DNA of 64,000 nucleotides from Leucoraja erinacea (lineage: Eukaryota), in NCBI RefSeq assembly GCF_028641065.1, contig NC_073409.1, forward strand, positions 7,998,001 through 8,062,000, in the 5' to 3' direction. Made by a program: the position numbers and the translations under genes. Position 1 is the stretch's first letter; the number at the start of each line of letters is the position of its first letter. The notes under the pieces were generated by a model that saw only the letters and a program-made list of their open reading frames with translations, ran no database searches and was not told where the DNA came from. Of this stretch, positions 23,712 to 36,597 are shown one piece after another.

Positions 23712-26700
23712 GAAGACAGCGTGAAATGTCAGGGTTCATTCTTATATTCAGTGTTGCAACATAAGAGCTTGGTGGGATAGAATCTGAAGTTTCAAGTACA
23801 ACCTGCTGAATACTCATTTCAGTAGTCAGAAAATAACATGTTCAATTTTACAGACAAAGATTTTGTCCCAACAATCACACATGTCCAGACACCAAAAAGG
23901 AGAGTGGATTGTCCCTGGAAATCACAGATGATTTCAAGTGTGTTTTCGCTTTAAAAAAATGCTTATTGTTTGGGCTGTTGCAGAATGTACTCCAATAATT
24001 AATCCAGTTCATAGATAAATGTTGAACAAGAGCCAAAGAGTTAGAAGTTAAGTAAGAAGTACCGTGCATAGGAGCCAAAGGCACGGATCATTGAAGACCG
24101 TGTCTGAATGGAAGTTAAATCATGGCCTGAAGGTAGATACAAAATGCTGGAGTAACTCAGCGGGACAGGCAGCATCGCTGGAGAGAAGGGTGATGTTTCA
24201 GGTCGAGACCCATCTTTAAACTAAGAGTCAGGGAAAGGGAAATATGAGATATAGCTCGTTATATCTCTCATTTACCTTTCTCCTAAAATTATTGTTGCTC
24301 CAGCATTTCGTGCTATCTTCAGTTTGAACCAGCATCTGCAGTTCCTTCCTACACATTAAATCATGGCCTGCTCGGCAAAACAAAGCAAATGCAACTTCAA
24401 AGGTGCAAAGATAATGCACTCATGCTGTATTTTATAGAATGTAGTCAGTAGCTACCGCTGTTTGCAGATTTATCAATAAAGGCTAAAGCATCAGCATTGG
24501 ATTTTGTGTTTTGATTCTCACAGATGGTAGTAAAACAAACAATGACATGACTTTGATTAAAACATCACCAATATGATGAATGGCTTTTAAAGGTTGATTA
24601 AAGCATTCCACTTTACAACAATTGGAAGGTAATGAAAAGATTAGGCCAGGATCAGAAATCTATCCGGGCGGGGAGTGAGCATTATGCCAAGGAGTAACTG
24701 TACACCAGCAGTGAATGAGCAGTTGTTCAGAGGGGGAGATGGGGAGGCTAAGTAGAAGGTAGTGGGGAAGGTTAAGTGGGGAGATGGAATAAAGAGAGAG
24801 AGAATACAAGTGAGGAAGAAAAGGAAAGCCAGATGCAGGGGAACAATAGAATTTGGAGCTTTCGGACAAACAAAAAATAGAAATGCAGAGTATTTTTGCG
24901 AATGACGAGAAATGAAATGGTGTCGGTGTTCAGAGGGACCAGAGTGTCCTTGTACACAAAGCACTAAAAGATTAAGCAGATTCAGTAACAACTGGGAAGT
25001 CAAATGGTGCATTGTCTTCATTGGAAGATCTGAGTAGAAGAATAAAGAAGAGTAAAGACATCATGTTCTGATTATAGAGGGTAAAACTGAGGACGTGCCG
25101 AGAATATTTTGTACAGGCTTGTCCTTCCTTTATGTGAAAGAGGGAGCACAACAAAAGTGCAGCAGGTTAAATTCTGAGATGGCAGATTGATGACGGAAGA
25201 GAAATTAGGGCCCATCCCTATGCTCACCAAAGCCCCTTCACTCACAGCAACCCACACGCTGAATGCTGTTGAACAGCAACCATGCTGTTTATTGTGAAAA
25301 CTCAAATAACATTAGCCCAGTCAGCTGATTTCACTGGCTTTCAGATAGGAGTTCTCAAGTGGTCTCCACAATAAACATTCAAGAAATGCCTGGTCTTTAA
25401 TTCATTGTTGATTCAAGCAGCTTTTTAAGCCTGAAGGATGCCCGATTAATCATATTTAAATGCAAGGCAGAATTTGAACAATCCAGCAATTTATGTATTA
25501 TGCAGTTTTCCACACTGTTGGGGAGATGCCAGTGTTGTAACTATAGTCATCGTATTCCCCTGACATTTGACTCATGTGCAGCTTCAATTTGATTTAGACA
25601 TAACATAAACAAATCCCCTTTTATACCAATGCAACTCAAAAATGCATCATATTCAGATATTTATATCTTCCTGAACATAATATGAACATTGTTACAATGA
25701 TTCAACCAGCACCACCATTAATGGCTCAGAGTAAGCTCAAAGCAATGTAGCACGACAAAGTCTATGCTGTCTCACAGAACTCAATGTCGTAGCGTAAGAA
25801 AGGTCAGTTCAAAAATCGACAGATGGAACTTGAATTAACAGCTTAAGAGCAGGTCTACACTCATTCGACATCAGGACTTCTACAAAGAAGCCGAGGTAAA
25901 GGTATTGGCAAAGGCAAGCCACTTGATGGAGGTCAGCACTTTGAACAACTCGCAAAGATTTGTAGTGCACTGCCATCTGCTGGGTAAATTGGGCATTTTC
26001 AACGCCAATAGTAGCTGGAGATTTAAAGTACCCAAATTTGGATGTTGGAAGCAAGAGGTCAATACTGAAATTTTCTGACAAAGCCAGATCGGTAGCACTA
26101 CAAATTATTAGGTGGATTGGAAAAGACTGAAGAAAGAATCCTAATAGGACAATTAGGCAGATTGACACACTGGGTACCAATTCAGCACACAAGACCAGAT
26201 AAATGAAACATTTAAAGAGGTCAAAATTGTTGAAAGCGGATGTTGATATGCAGGTCATTTAGTGACATAAGAAAATTAAGATGGTTGGGATTAATTTAGA
26301 AACACAGGTAAACAAGGTTTTAGCTGTCTAATCTAGAGACACGTTTGAGCATCTCATCACAGGAAAGTACAAGAACTGATTGTTATCAAGGTTAGGATAG
26401 ATTGAGGTCATAAATACCAGTTAGGGTTTCGAAGTTATTCACTTTCACAGCAAGAATAGAAAAGCAGAATATTGAACAGATGGAGATACCGCAGAAGGCT
26501 GATCTGGCCGTCATCGTATTAACATGTTAACATGTGGGTGCAGCAAATAATTACAAACACAAATGGAACATTGGCCTTTATGGCAAAGCATAAATGAACC
26601 ATTAAATTGACACCAAGCGTAAATATTTCCTATTTCAGCAGATATTCCGCAAGCTGATGAACAGCTTCCTTTGGACACAAACTAAATATCACCATTTTTG

Positions 26701-27397
26701 GATTTCACAAACAAAGTTTGCCATTGTTTCACTTCAGGCTTGAAAAGAAGTACACATTTAAACCTTTTATCCTTCAGATAAATAATATAATTAAGTTTGC
26801 GTTTGCTCTATGCACGGCCTTATAGCAGCTTTAAATGCTAAAAATCACAATCGCAGTCAGTAACCTGTTTTGCTGTGTCATTGTTTGAAGTGCATTCTTA
26901 GCTTCAGCAAACATTCACAGCAGAGAGTTAGGCAATTTTGCATCAAGTTCAAACTGGTCAACAAGGCAAACAGAATAAAACAGAATCAGAGTGTTGGCCG
27001 TTAAGGGGAATAGTTACAAGCTGAACTTGCATGATCAATGAGCATTGTAAATATGGTCAGAATTAGTAGATTTAAATACAATAATACTTTGTTATTGGAA
27101 CAATGAGGTAAAATTGATGATGGAAACACATACAGATTTTAGTTAGTTTGTTTCTGGAAGCATCCAAAGGTTATATTGACCAACGTCTATTTTGGTGAAT
27201 ATAGAACCTAGTTAAATATTTAATGAAAAGGCTAGAAACACACTGCACAATACCAGCAAGAGCATCTTCAAAAAAAGACAAAAAGTTGTAAACCATAAAT
27301 TACCATTTGAAAACATACTTTCTTTGCTGGTTTTTATGAAGCCACGTTTTCATCACAGTAGCTAAAGCAAGTGAACCAGTTATGGGAAAAATTCACA

Positions 27398-28270
27398 TCA
27401 ATCAATCAATCAATCAATCAGTTTTATTCGTCACGCACATGAATTTGCCAGCAGCAGTACAATGAAAAAAGAACACACAAAAACACAATAACAATTTAAC
27501 ACAAACATCCACCACAGCATTCATCACTGTGGTGGAAGGCACAAAATTTGGCCAGTCCTCCTCCATTTACCCCCGTGATCGGGACCTCAACTCTCCTCAG
27601 CCGCCGCTGCGGGCGTCCAGATGTGTAGACAAGATAAAGTCCAGTTAAGTCCTGAATCGGTGCCTCCCCACCGGAGTACGCGGCTTCAGGTTGGTGTAGG
27701 CCGCAGGCCGGCGGTCGAAGATCTAAAGTCCCCACCGTGCTGCAGCCGGAAGCACCGCAGACGGCAGGGCCGGCGGTCGGAGCTCCTCTCCAGGGGTCCC
27801 CGGCGAGGGACCCACTCCGGATGGCAAGTGCCCGCCGCGCCCGCGGTGGAAGTTTGCCGCGGGCCGGCCGTCGGAGCTCTTCTCCTCCCGGGTCCCCAAC
27901 GAGGGATCCCAGGCTGCGGATGCTGCGCTAGCTGGAGCTCCGCAGACTGCGGCTTCAGGCTGCTGTGGGCCAGCAAACAGAGCGCTCCCCTCCAGCTGCG
28001 AGAGTCCGCGCTGCGCCCGCCGCTGAACCCCGGGCACGTCTCCGGGAAAGGCTGCACCGATCCTTGCTGTTAGGCCTCAGGGGAGACATGGAAAAAGTCG
28101 CCTCTCCGTGGAGGAGGTGACCAAAGCGGTTTCCCCCTTAGCCTCCCACACCACCCCACACGAGACACACAGAAAGACACCAAAAACACACATTAGGACA
28201 CACACAAAAAAAAACTAGAAAAAACTAACAAGCTGCTGGCAGGGCTACCGGCTTGCAGCGCCTCCACCGA
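27398..28270 (-). mobile_element. CpG-rich non-autonomous retroposon with a (TGAT)n tail in MTHFS intron 2
   Basis: (ATCA)n at 27398-27420. The 3' segment CACAG..ATGAATGCTGTGGTGGATGTTTGTGTTAAA resembles plus-strand repeats at ~5100-5630 and ~8545-8790. The body is GC/CpG-rich with no coherent ORF. Confidence 0.6.
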
Positions 28271-28688
28271 CACATATTTTAAGACTAAAGATTTTAACAG
28301 CAGAAATTGAGTTGGAGGAATGGATGTTGCTTGATTGGGAACAGGGGAATTGCAGGAAGGGTTATTTGAACATAGTTGACATTTTAAAATCATGGTGTTG
28401 TTGCTTTAGTAGCCAACACACAGTTTGCCAAGCACAAGGATTTATGAAGGTTGGAAGATGGGTGGCCAACAAAGGCAGCATAGGAGTTACGAAAATTAAA
28501 GCGAACAAATCCATGGGTAAAGATTTCAGCTGAACTTGGACTGAAGCAACGCAAAGATATGTGGTGATACAGAGTTCGAGGTATTTGTGATGTGGAGAAC
28601 CAAGTGTAAGAGACCCATGCCTAAGTAAAATCCTTAAGAATAAGATGTTTAAAGTCCAAAAGCAATAAATCTCAAGTTAATTACCAAC

Positions 28689-28950
28689 CTGTGGTTAGTG
28701 CCTCTTCCAGCAACACATCTTCTGCAGGCTGGTGAATGTTCCAGGAAGTCAGGGGCAGGTTGTGGATTTCTTCAGCTGAGCTGAGCTTTACCATATCCAT
28801 GTGGTTGCTTCTAGGCTTGTACCGTGGAATGAAACACTGTTTTCCACATTGGAACACATCCTTTATTATATCTTCTGTCTGAATTTCATCAGACATGCTC
28901 AGAAAGACAGCAATTCTTTGGCAGTTCTGGTACTTGGGATGAGCCAGTAA
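28689..28950 (-). CDS. MTHFS: Methenyltetrahydrofolate synthetase, exon 2
   Basis: [44 protein letters not shown]...LTSWNIHQP...EEALTT; acceptor TTTCTTTCAG, donor G|GTTGGT; 262 bp, phase 0-1. Confidence 0.96.
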
Positions 28951-29159
28951 CTGAAAGAAAAAAAGAGCAAATCAGTTGGAATGATGTAGAAAGGCACATA
29001 AAAGGTTTTAATTTAAATTAATCAACTAATTTGATAATTGCAGAAATCACCATGTTGTCCTGGTTGAAAATGTTCTGAATGAAAGGGTGGTGGATGGAAA
29101 TTCAATAATAATTTTCAAAAGGGAATGGAATAACTACATAGAAAACTGCAGAACCATGG

Positions 29160-29640
29160 AGGGCACTTCGGGTCGAGCATGTGGCTGGTGGAAATGATGC
29201 TGGATAAAAAGTTGCAGATGATTGGGCAAAGGGAAGAGATGAAAAGACAGAAGATGTTAAGACAAAAGCATTGAAGAGTTATGAATTGTGATGCTAAAGA
29301 AGGAATGTGGGTCTAAGCTGATGGGGGGGGGGGGGGGCAGAAATAGGTGCCAGGTGAGGGGGGGGGGGGGGAGAGAGATTGGAGGAGGTCCAGGACAGAA
29401 AAGTTGCTATGGGAATTGGAAGAGATATTAAAAAGGTTAACCAACAGGAGATTCAGTAGACCTTGGCAGATAGAGTGCAAGTGCTCGACAAAACAGTCGG
29501 CAAGTCTACACTTGGTCTCAGCCAAGCCAGTGTCCAGGAGGCCATATCGGGAACACCGGATGCAGTAGATGAGGTTAGAGGAAGTGCATGTGAACCTTTG
29601 CCTCACCTGGAAGGACTGCTGGGGTGCCATGATGGAGATG
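29160..29640 (-). mobile_element. Degenerate Penelope fragment (GIY-YIG region)
   Basis: QQSFQVRQRFTCTSSNLIYCIRCSRYGLL..AETKCRLADCFVEHL, homologous to the 11435-11776 frame. Confidence 0.8.
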
Positions 29641-31452
29641 ACAGAGAAGGTATATGTACAGGTGTCACCTTGAAAGATTGCTGGGTGCCCTGGGTGGAGG
29701 CGAGGGAGCAAGTAAAGGAGCTGGTGCCTTTCTTTTTGTACTTATAGGCAAACAGTCCATGATGATCACAATGAAAGATACATCTTTATTGGTCAATAAA
29801 AAAATTACTCCAAAATTTCCATTTCTAACTTTAACTGCAATGCCAATCTTTGAACACCAGCATCAGTTTAAACAATCTTACTCCAGGATGCATCTTTGTG
29901 ATGTATTCATATTACTGAAAATTCATATTTTGTATCACAAAAGAATCGCTACAAGGAGTAAAATTAGTTGCAGGCTACACGGATAGTGATTAGGGGAAAC
30001 TGATCTTTCTTACTTAGGACAGCTCAGGTAATTGCACAGAATACAGGAAGTATACTGAACTTCATTGAGCCAAGCAGAAGACGTTGGCCCTTTGGCACAC
30101 CACATCCACACCTACCTTTTTGCCGACCTATACCTGGTCCAATAAGTTTAGTTTAGTTTATTGTCATGTGTACCGAGGTAGTGAGAAGCTTTTTGTTGAA
30201 TGCTAACCAGTCAGCGGAAAGATTATACATGATTATAATCGAGTCATCCAGTGTACAGAGACATGGTAAAGGGAATAACGTTTAATGCAAGATAAAGCCC
30301 AGTAAAGTCCAATTAAAGATAGTCCGATGGCCCCAATGAGGCAGATCGTAGCTCAGGAATGCTCTCTGGTTGTTGGTACGGTGGCTTAGTTGCCTGATAA
30401 CGCTGGGAAGAAAATGTCCCTGAATTTGGAGGTGTGCGTTTTCACGCCTATACCTCTTGCGAGAGGAGACGAGGAGGTGACCAGGGTGAGACGTCCTTGA
30501 TTATACTGGTGGCCTTGCCCAGGCAGTGTGAGGGGTAAATGGAGTCAATGGAAGGGAGGTTGGTTTGTGTAATGGTCTGGGCTGCGCCCACAATTGTCTA
30601 CAATTTCTTGTCAAGATATGAATCTTATGCGTTGATATTAAGGATGATCATCTTGAACTATATACTAGTGATATTGAATTTAATTCTGAAAAGAAATGGA
30701 GATGCTTTTCAGAACAACTAATAAGTTAAAGTGTAGGAAGGAACTGCAAATGCTGGTTTACACCAAACAACAGCGAATGTCTTTAAGAAGGAACTGCAGA
30801 TGCTGGAAAATCGAAGGTACACAAAAAAGCTGAAGAAACTCAGCGGGTCTGAAGAAGGGTTTCGGCCCGAAACGTTGCCTATTTCCTTTGCTCCATAGAT
30901 GCTGCTGCACCCGCTGAGTTTCTCCAGATTTTTTGTGTAACAGACAATGTCTACTTTGATCTGTCGTTTTCACACCTTACCCTTCTATATCTCTCGTCTC
31001 CTAATCCCCTGACTGACTGAAGAAGGGTCTCGACTGAAAACCTCACCCATTCCTTCTCTCCATAGTTGCTGTCTGACCCGCTGAGTTACCCCAGCATTTT
31101 GTCTCTATCTTTCTGTTTTTGCCCAGGTGACCTGCACGATCTGACCCCCTTCCTCTTCTGCACTTCTCTCTATAATCACCGTTGAACCTTCTTTCTCCGC
31201 CCCACAGTAAATAAGACACCCACCTGCCGTCTAAGGTATGCAGCCACTGTGATAGTTTTGTGTCTGTAATGTTAAAGTACTGAGGAACAGAGGGAGCTCG
31301 GTGCACAAACAAAGCCCAGGCAGCACTGGTGGAGAAGGCGGATAGGATAGCGGCCCTCACCGACCCTTTAAACCATCAACACACCCACCCACCCACCACC
31401 TCCCGCCCGCCCGCCCGCAGCGAGGGTTAGACGGGCCGCTGCCGCCCCTCAC

Positions 31453-31563
31453 CCGCCGGCTCACGGCCGCCGTCTGCCTCCTCTTCTCGGCGTCGCTCAG
31501 CGCCGCGACTCTCCGCTTCAGGTCCAAACGCAAGGCCTTCTTAGCGGCCCACAAGGCGGCCAT
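31453..31563 (-). CDS. MTHFS: Methenyltetrahydrofolate synthetase, exon 1
   Basis: MAALWAAKKALRLDLKRRVAALSDAEKRRQTAAVSRR; Kozak AACATGG; donor CGG|GTGAGG; inside a CpG island. Exons sum to 111+262+224=597 nt (198 aa). Confidence 0.95.
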
Positions 31564-31601
31564 GTTTGTCCCCTGGCTGTCCATCAGTGGCCACACGAAG
31601 C

Positions 31602-31996
31602 GCCCCCCCGCCCCCAGCGGTTTGTAGCCCCCCCCCCCCCCCCCCCCCAGGGCCCGCCCCCAGTGGGTTGTAGCCCCGCCCCCAGTGGGTTGTAGCCCCG
31701 CCCCAAGTGGGTTGTAGCCCCGCCCCCAGCGGGACGTAGCCCCGCCCCCAGCGGGTTGTAGCCCCGCCCTCAGTGGGTTGTAGTAGCCCCGCCCCCAGCG
31801 GGCTGTAGCCCCGCCCCCAGCGGGTTGTAGCCCCGCCCCCAGCGGGTTGTAGCCCCGCCCCCAGCGGGTTGTAGCCCCGCCCCCAGCGGGTTGTAGCCCC
31901 GCCCCCAGTGGGTTGTAACCCCGCCCCCCGCGGGTTGTAGCCCCGCCACCAGCGGGTTGTAGCCCCGCCCCCAGCGGGACGTAGCCCCGCCCCCAA
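31602..31996. repeat. 22-bp GC-box minisatellite (~16-17 units of GTAGCCCCGCCCCCAGCGGGTT) in the MTHFS promoter/5' region
   Basis: Period of 22 read directly (e.g. GTAG at 31805, 31827, 31849). Nearly every unit reads GGGGCGGGGC on the minus strand. Confidence 0.95.
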
Positions 31997-32039
31997 CTCG
32001 TGAACGCGCCTCGCACTCCCGTGGCCCAGCACAGTTCGT

Positions 32040-32250
32040 ATTCCTTCTCTCCCCTCCTCCCTCTCTATCGCCCCTCCTCACTCTCTCTCTCCCCCTCCCT
32101 CCCCCTCCTCACTCTCTCTATCCCTCCCCTCCCCCCTCCCCCCTCACTCCCTCCCACTCTCTCTCCCCCTCCTCCCTCTTTCCTTCTCCTCCCACTCTCT
32201 CCCCCCTCCCTCCCACTCTCTCCCCCCTCCCTCTTTCCTTCTCCTCCCTG
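32040..32250. repeat. Polypyrimidine (CT-rich) low-complexity tract
   Basis: Almost exclusively C/T on the plus strand. Confidence 0.9.
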
Positions 32251-33419
32251 TTTTGTGCAGGAATCATGATGCAGAAAGATAATTGTTAACTTTTGCAAAG
32301 AAAGGTGTAAATTATTTTTTTGCAGGGCATGGCAAAAAGCCAGAGTGCAATGAACTGAATAATGAACAACCTAGATAGAGTGGACATGAAAAGGATGTTT
32401 CCAGTGGGACCCGAGGGCACAGCCTCAGAATAAAAGGGCGTATCTTTAGCATGGAGATGACACAAATGGTCATTCAGCCTTCCTCTCTGCTGTGAGGCGG
32501 ATGGTAAACATATAGCTTTTGTGAAGCACATACTCTGGCATAGCTTTAATGATAGGAAAGACTCCAAGATTCAGCTAGGTTGTGTCTCAGGAGCTACATC
32601 AGTCATCTTTCTTTTAAAGCTTCTTCCCCTCTGTTATCAGGCTTCTGAACAATAAGCTAAGGTATTGTCCTTTTGTTTATGGAACTGATGCGATACAATG
32701 CTGAGAAATATATTCTGAAACCTGGATCTTCCCCTATGCTCTATATATTTGTCCCTCCATGACACACTGGTCAACCTCAGCAACAGACTGGTTCCACCAA
32801 GATACAGTGCAGAACCCCACAGGGAATCCTTCTTCCCTGTAGCGATCAAACTACAACTACCCCCCCCCCCCCCCCCCCCCCCCGTCATGGGGTAAAACAA
32901 ACTCCTCTCCCCAATCTTTGCCCATCCCCAATCCTTTCCACTCAGCACTTTAATTTCATGGTTCATGTATTTTGTGTTTAATAACTGTTGGCAGATCAAT
33001 TTCCCTCCTGGGATAAATAAAGTTCTACCGTATCGTGTATTGTCCATGGTTCAACTTGATTGTGTCCTTGGAGAGTATATCTGATTAGTTTGGATAACAT
33101 GCAAACAAAGCTTTTCACTGTACCTACACACATGTGACAGAAATAAACCAAAATCACCGACTCACTAGGTGTTGAAGGAATGCACGGATAATTACACAAT
33201 TGTGACTGCTGGAGTCACAATTAACATTGGGATATTCACCAATAATTGGCATCATCTCTTTCAAAATTCAACAAATTCCAAATTTGGTGTTTCTTAGACA
33301 TCTCTTGAAACTTTTCTTGAAATGTACAAACCAGCCATACTGAATTAACGACCAAGTAAGCACATCGACGCTTCTACTTCCTAAGTAAGCTTAGGACGTT
33401 CAGCATGTCCCCACCAATT

Positions 33420-33932
33420 TCTACACATGCGCCCTAGAAAGCATTTTATCGGGATCCATCACAGCTTGGTTTGGGAACAGCTCCATCCAAGACCGCAAGA
33501 AATTGCAGCAAATTGTGGACGCAACCCAGACCGTCACGCAAACCAACTTCCCTTCCATTGACTCTACCTCATGCTGCCTCAGCAAGGCCGAGTCACACTC
33601 CCTCTTCTCCCCTCCCCCATCGAGCAAAAGGTATAGAAGTGTGAAAATAAACACCTCCAGATTCAGGGAGTTTCTTCCCAGCTGTTCTCAGGCAACTGAA
33701 CCATCCTACCGCAACTAGAGAGCAGTACTGAAGTACAATCTACCTCATCGGGGACCCTCGTACTATAATTGATCGGACTCTACTGGCTTGACCTTGCACT
33801 AAACGTTATTCCTTTATCATGTATGTACACTGACAATGGCTCAATTAGAATGTGTTGTCTTTCCACTGGCTGGTTAGCACACAACAAAGGCTTTTCACTA
33901 TACCTTGATACGTGACAATAAATTAAACTGAA
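33420..33932 (+). mobile_element. Rex1/Babar-like LINE 3' remnant
   Basis: ESILSGSITAWFGNSSIQDRKKLQQIVDATQ peptide plus a tail ending GTGACAATAAA(CTAAA/CTGAA). Related minus-strand copies at ~30145-30610 and ~60895-61060. Confidence 0.75.
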
Positions 33933-35319
33933 CTGCTTTAACTTCCTGGACCAGCCTACCATGTAGGAACATGTCAATACCACATTGTTTGCCCTGCCTT
34001 TATCATTTTCTTAATTACTTCCTCAACTATTCAAACAGATTTGTGAAAGTGAAATTCTCCAGCAATAAACAAAGCTGCCTCCACCAAATCATAATCCCCA
34101 CCTTTCCAAAGATCATGAAACCTGACATGTATAAGTTTTTCCCCGTAATTCCCCTATTGCGGGCTGTTGAGCCTTACATCAGTATTAGGGGAATTATGAT
34201 CTATTCCCACTGCTATTTTGGAATAAAAGAAAAATATTTACTACCTCCACCCTTCTGTTACGTCAACCAAGGCTAACAAAGAGTGTACAAGCATAAGAGT
34301 GCAGCAGGAAATTGAATGAGTGTAAGGAGAAATACTAGGATTTAAAAGAGCAAAGAAAAAAAAGACAATTCACATAAGATTACATGAACCTAAGAATTTG
34401 GCTGGGTTTAGTGAAAATGAAAATAAAAACCAAATTTGATATGTATCGTAGAGTGTGGTAAATTAAGTTGAGGAACTTTCGGCACAGACATTCAAGCGGA
34501 AATATATGGTTGCAGTAACAGAAACTTGGCTCCAAAAGAGGCAGAACTGGTCAGTGCATATATTTCCGCTTCGTGTTCAGGAAGGATATGGAAAGAAAGG
34601 AATGGGGAGGGGTGGCATCTCGACCATTCCTGAACTATCTATGGCTTAAAAGACGGCCCATTGTTCGGCCAAAATTTTCCCGTCAATTTTTGATTACAAT
34701 TTGCATTCTCATCCCACTGCAAATTGACCTCCCGCAAATAATTCATTTTGTATCTGAATCGCAAGAGATTGTAGTTGCTGGAATCTTGAGCTAAAAACAT
34801 AGCGTTGTAGGAACTAGAGATGGATCCTGATCCGAAACATCATTTATCATTCCACTGCACAGAAGATGTGTGGCTTGCTAAGTTCCTCCCAAAATTCCTC
34901 CAGCACCTTGGTTTATAGCTCATTATTTTTGTCTCCTTTTCCTTTGATAATCTAAATATTGTGATATTGTGGCGATGTGGGGTATATGGACGAGTGATGA
35001 CTACTCAGGGCAAAAATGAAAACCTGTGCACAAATTTGCTAAGGTACTAAATGAGAACTTTCCATCTGTCTTCAATTCGAGGCATTAATCCATGATAGGA
35101 TTATATTTTGCCTGTGGGAAATGCATTAAACAAGCCAGGTCAGGCTTAATTATGTTTGATGTGGTGAAAGATGGATTTGGTGAAGATATTAAAGTAGATG
35201 TGATGTACCAAACAGACAGAGAGGTAGAATCAGGGATCTTTGAGGAGGTGCAACATTTGCACTGACTCTTAGATGCCTCTGACCCATGGCTGTCCAAAGT
35301 AGAGAAGCAGTATTTGGGA

Positions 35320-35870
35320 TAGAAACATAGAAATTAGGTGCAGGAGTAGGCCATTCGGCCTTTCGAGCCTGCACCGCCATTCAATATGATCATGGCTGAT
35401 CATCCAACTCAGTATCCCGTACATGCCTTCTCTCCATACCCCCTGACCCCTTTAGCCACAAGGGCCACATCTAACTCCCTCTTAAATATAGCCAATGAAC
35501 TGGCCTCAACTACCCTCTGTGGCAGAGAGTTCCAGAGATTCACCACTCTCTGTGTGAAAAAAGTTTTTCTCATCTCGGTTTTAAAGGATTTCCCCCTTAT
35601 CCTTAAGCTGTGACCCCTTGTCCTGGACTTCCCCAACATTGGGAACAATCTTCCTGCATCTAGCCTGTCCAACCCCTTAAGAATGTTGTAAGTTTCTATA
35701 AGATCCCCTCTCAATCTCCTAAATTCTAGAGAGTATAAACCAAGTCTATCCAGTCTTTCTTCATAAGACAGTCCTGACATCCCAGGAATCAGTCTGGTGA
35801 ACCTTCTCTGCACTCCCTCTATGGCAATATTGTCCTTCCTCAGATTTGGAGACCAAAACTGTACGCAACT
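35320..35870 (-). mobile_element. Well-preserved 5'-truncated CR1 LINE (ORF2 C-terminus and 3' tail)
   Basis: CVQFWSPNLRKDNIAIEGVQRRFTRLIPGMSGLSYEERLDRLGLYSLEFRRLRGDLIETY...FFTQRVVNLWNSLP is in an open frame; the tail ends TTCTATGTTTCTA. Confidence 0.93.
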
Positions 35871-36450
35871 GTACGGATGGTACTGAGAACTGCAAGGGTG
35901 TGGATCAGGAGCACACAGAGGCACTGTGCAAGGGGCAGAGGGATCATACCATGACAGAAATTATCTACCTGCCTCATCAGCTCCCTCTGGCATAGGCAGC
36001 AGTTCCCAGGCTAGCCTCATTAACTACATCACAACCACAAAACCAGAGTATATGCAAGTGATCCTCCATTCTGAGGGACTGCCTTAGAAGAAGGACATGG
36101 ACTTCCAGAACACTATTGATAAGGTGCTGCATAACAAGCTTATTAGTAAGACTGGAACACATGGCATAAAAATTACATTGTTAGCTATTCCCATGGAATT
36201 GGTGTTAAGACTTTGGCTTTTTATGATCTATATTATTGACCTGGGGTTGGAAATACAGTATATGGATGGCACAAAATTGTATAAAATTGTGAACCACAAA
36301 GAGAAAAATTATAAATCGCACTAAAGAATAGTGAACAGTTGAGACATCCTGAGTTCCCATAATAGGAATATATAAACACAAATCTTTATTTCTCATTGTT
36401 TACTTATTGAAAATAAAACTAAATTCCAATTGCCGTAAAATAAGTTTAAT

Positions 36451-36456
36451 TTTATT
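36451..36456 (-). terminator. Candidate BCL2A1 polyadenylation signal (AATAAA); a second one lies at 36384-36389
   Basis: TTTATT on the plus strand, about 140 bp after the stop codon. Confidence 0.55.
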
Positions 36457-36597
36457 GCACATAAATTCTTCATCTTTGCTTAGATTCAACAAACTTCACA
36501 AAAGTTAATTAGACCAAGTCCTGTGCAGGTTGTCAGTTCAAGGATAATGGTCACCTGCTGCTTAGGTTTCTGATGTGTGGAATTCACTCCCACGTTT

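Noticed and set aside
27496-28073. Overlapping GC-rich ORFs suggesting a gene or promoter
   Set aside because: Stop-poor because of GC content; lies within a repeat with a simple-sequence tail and relatives elsewhere in the window.
31357-32081. 219-aa repeat-containing N-terminal extension of MTHFS, or a CRISPR-like array
   Set aside because: Frames stay open only because the 22-bp unit has no stop codons on that strand. Units are contiguous without unique spacers, the DNA is eukaryotic, and the conserved MTHFS start is at 31563.
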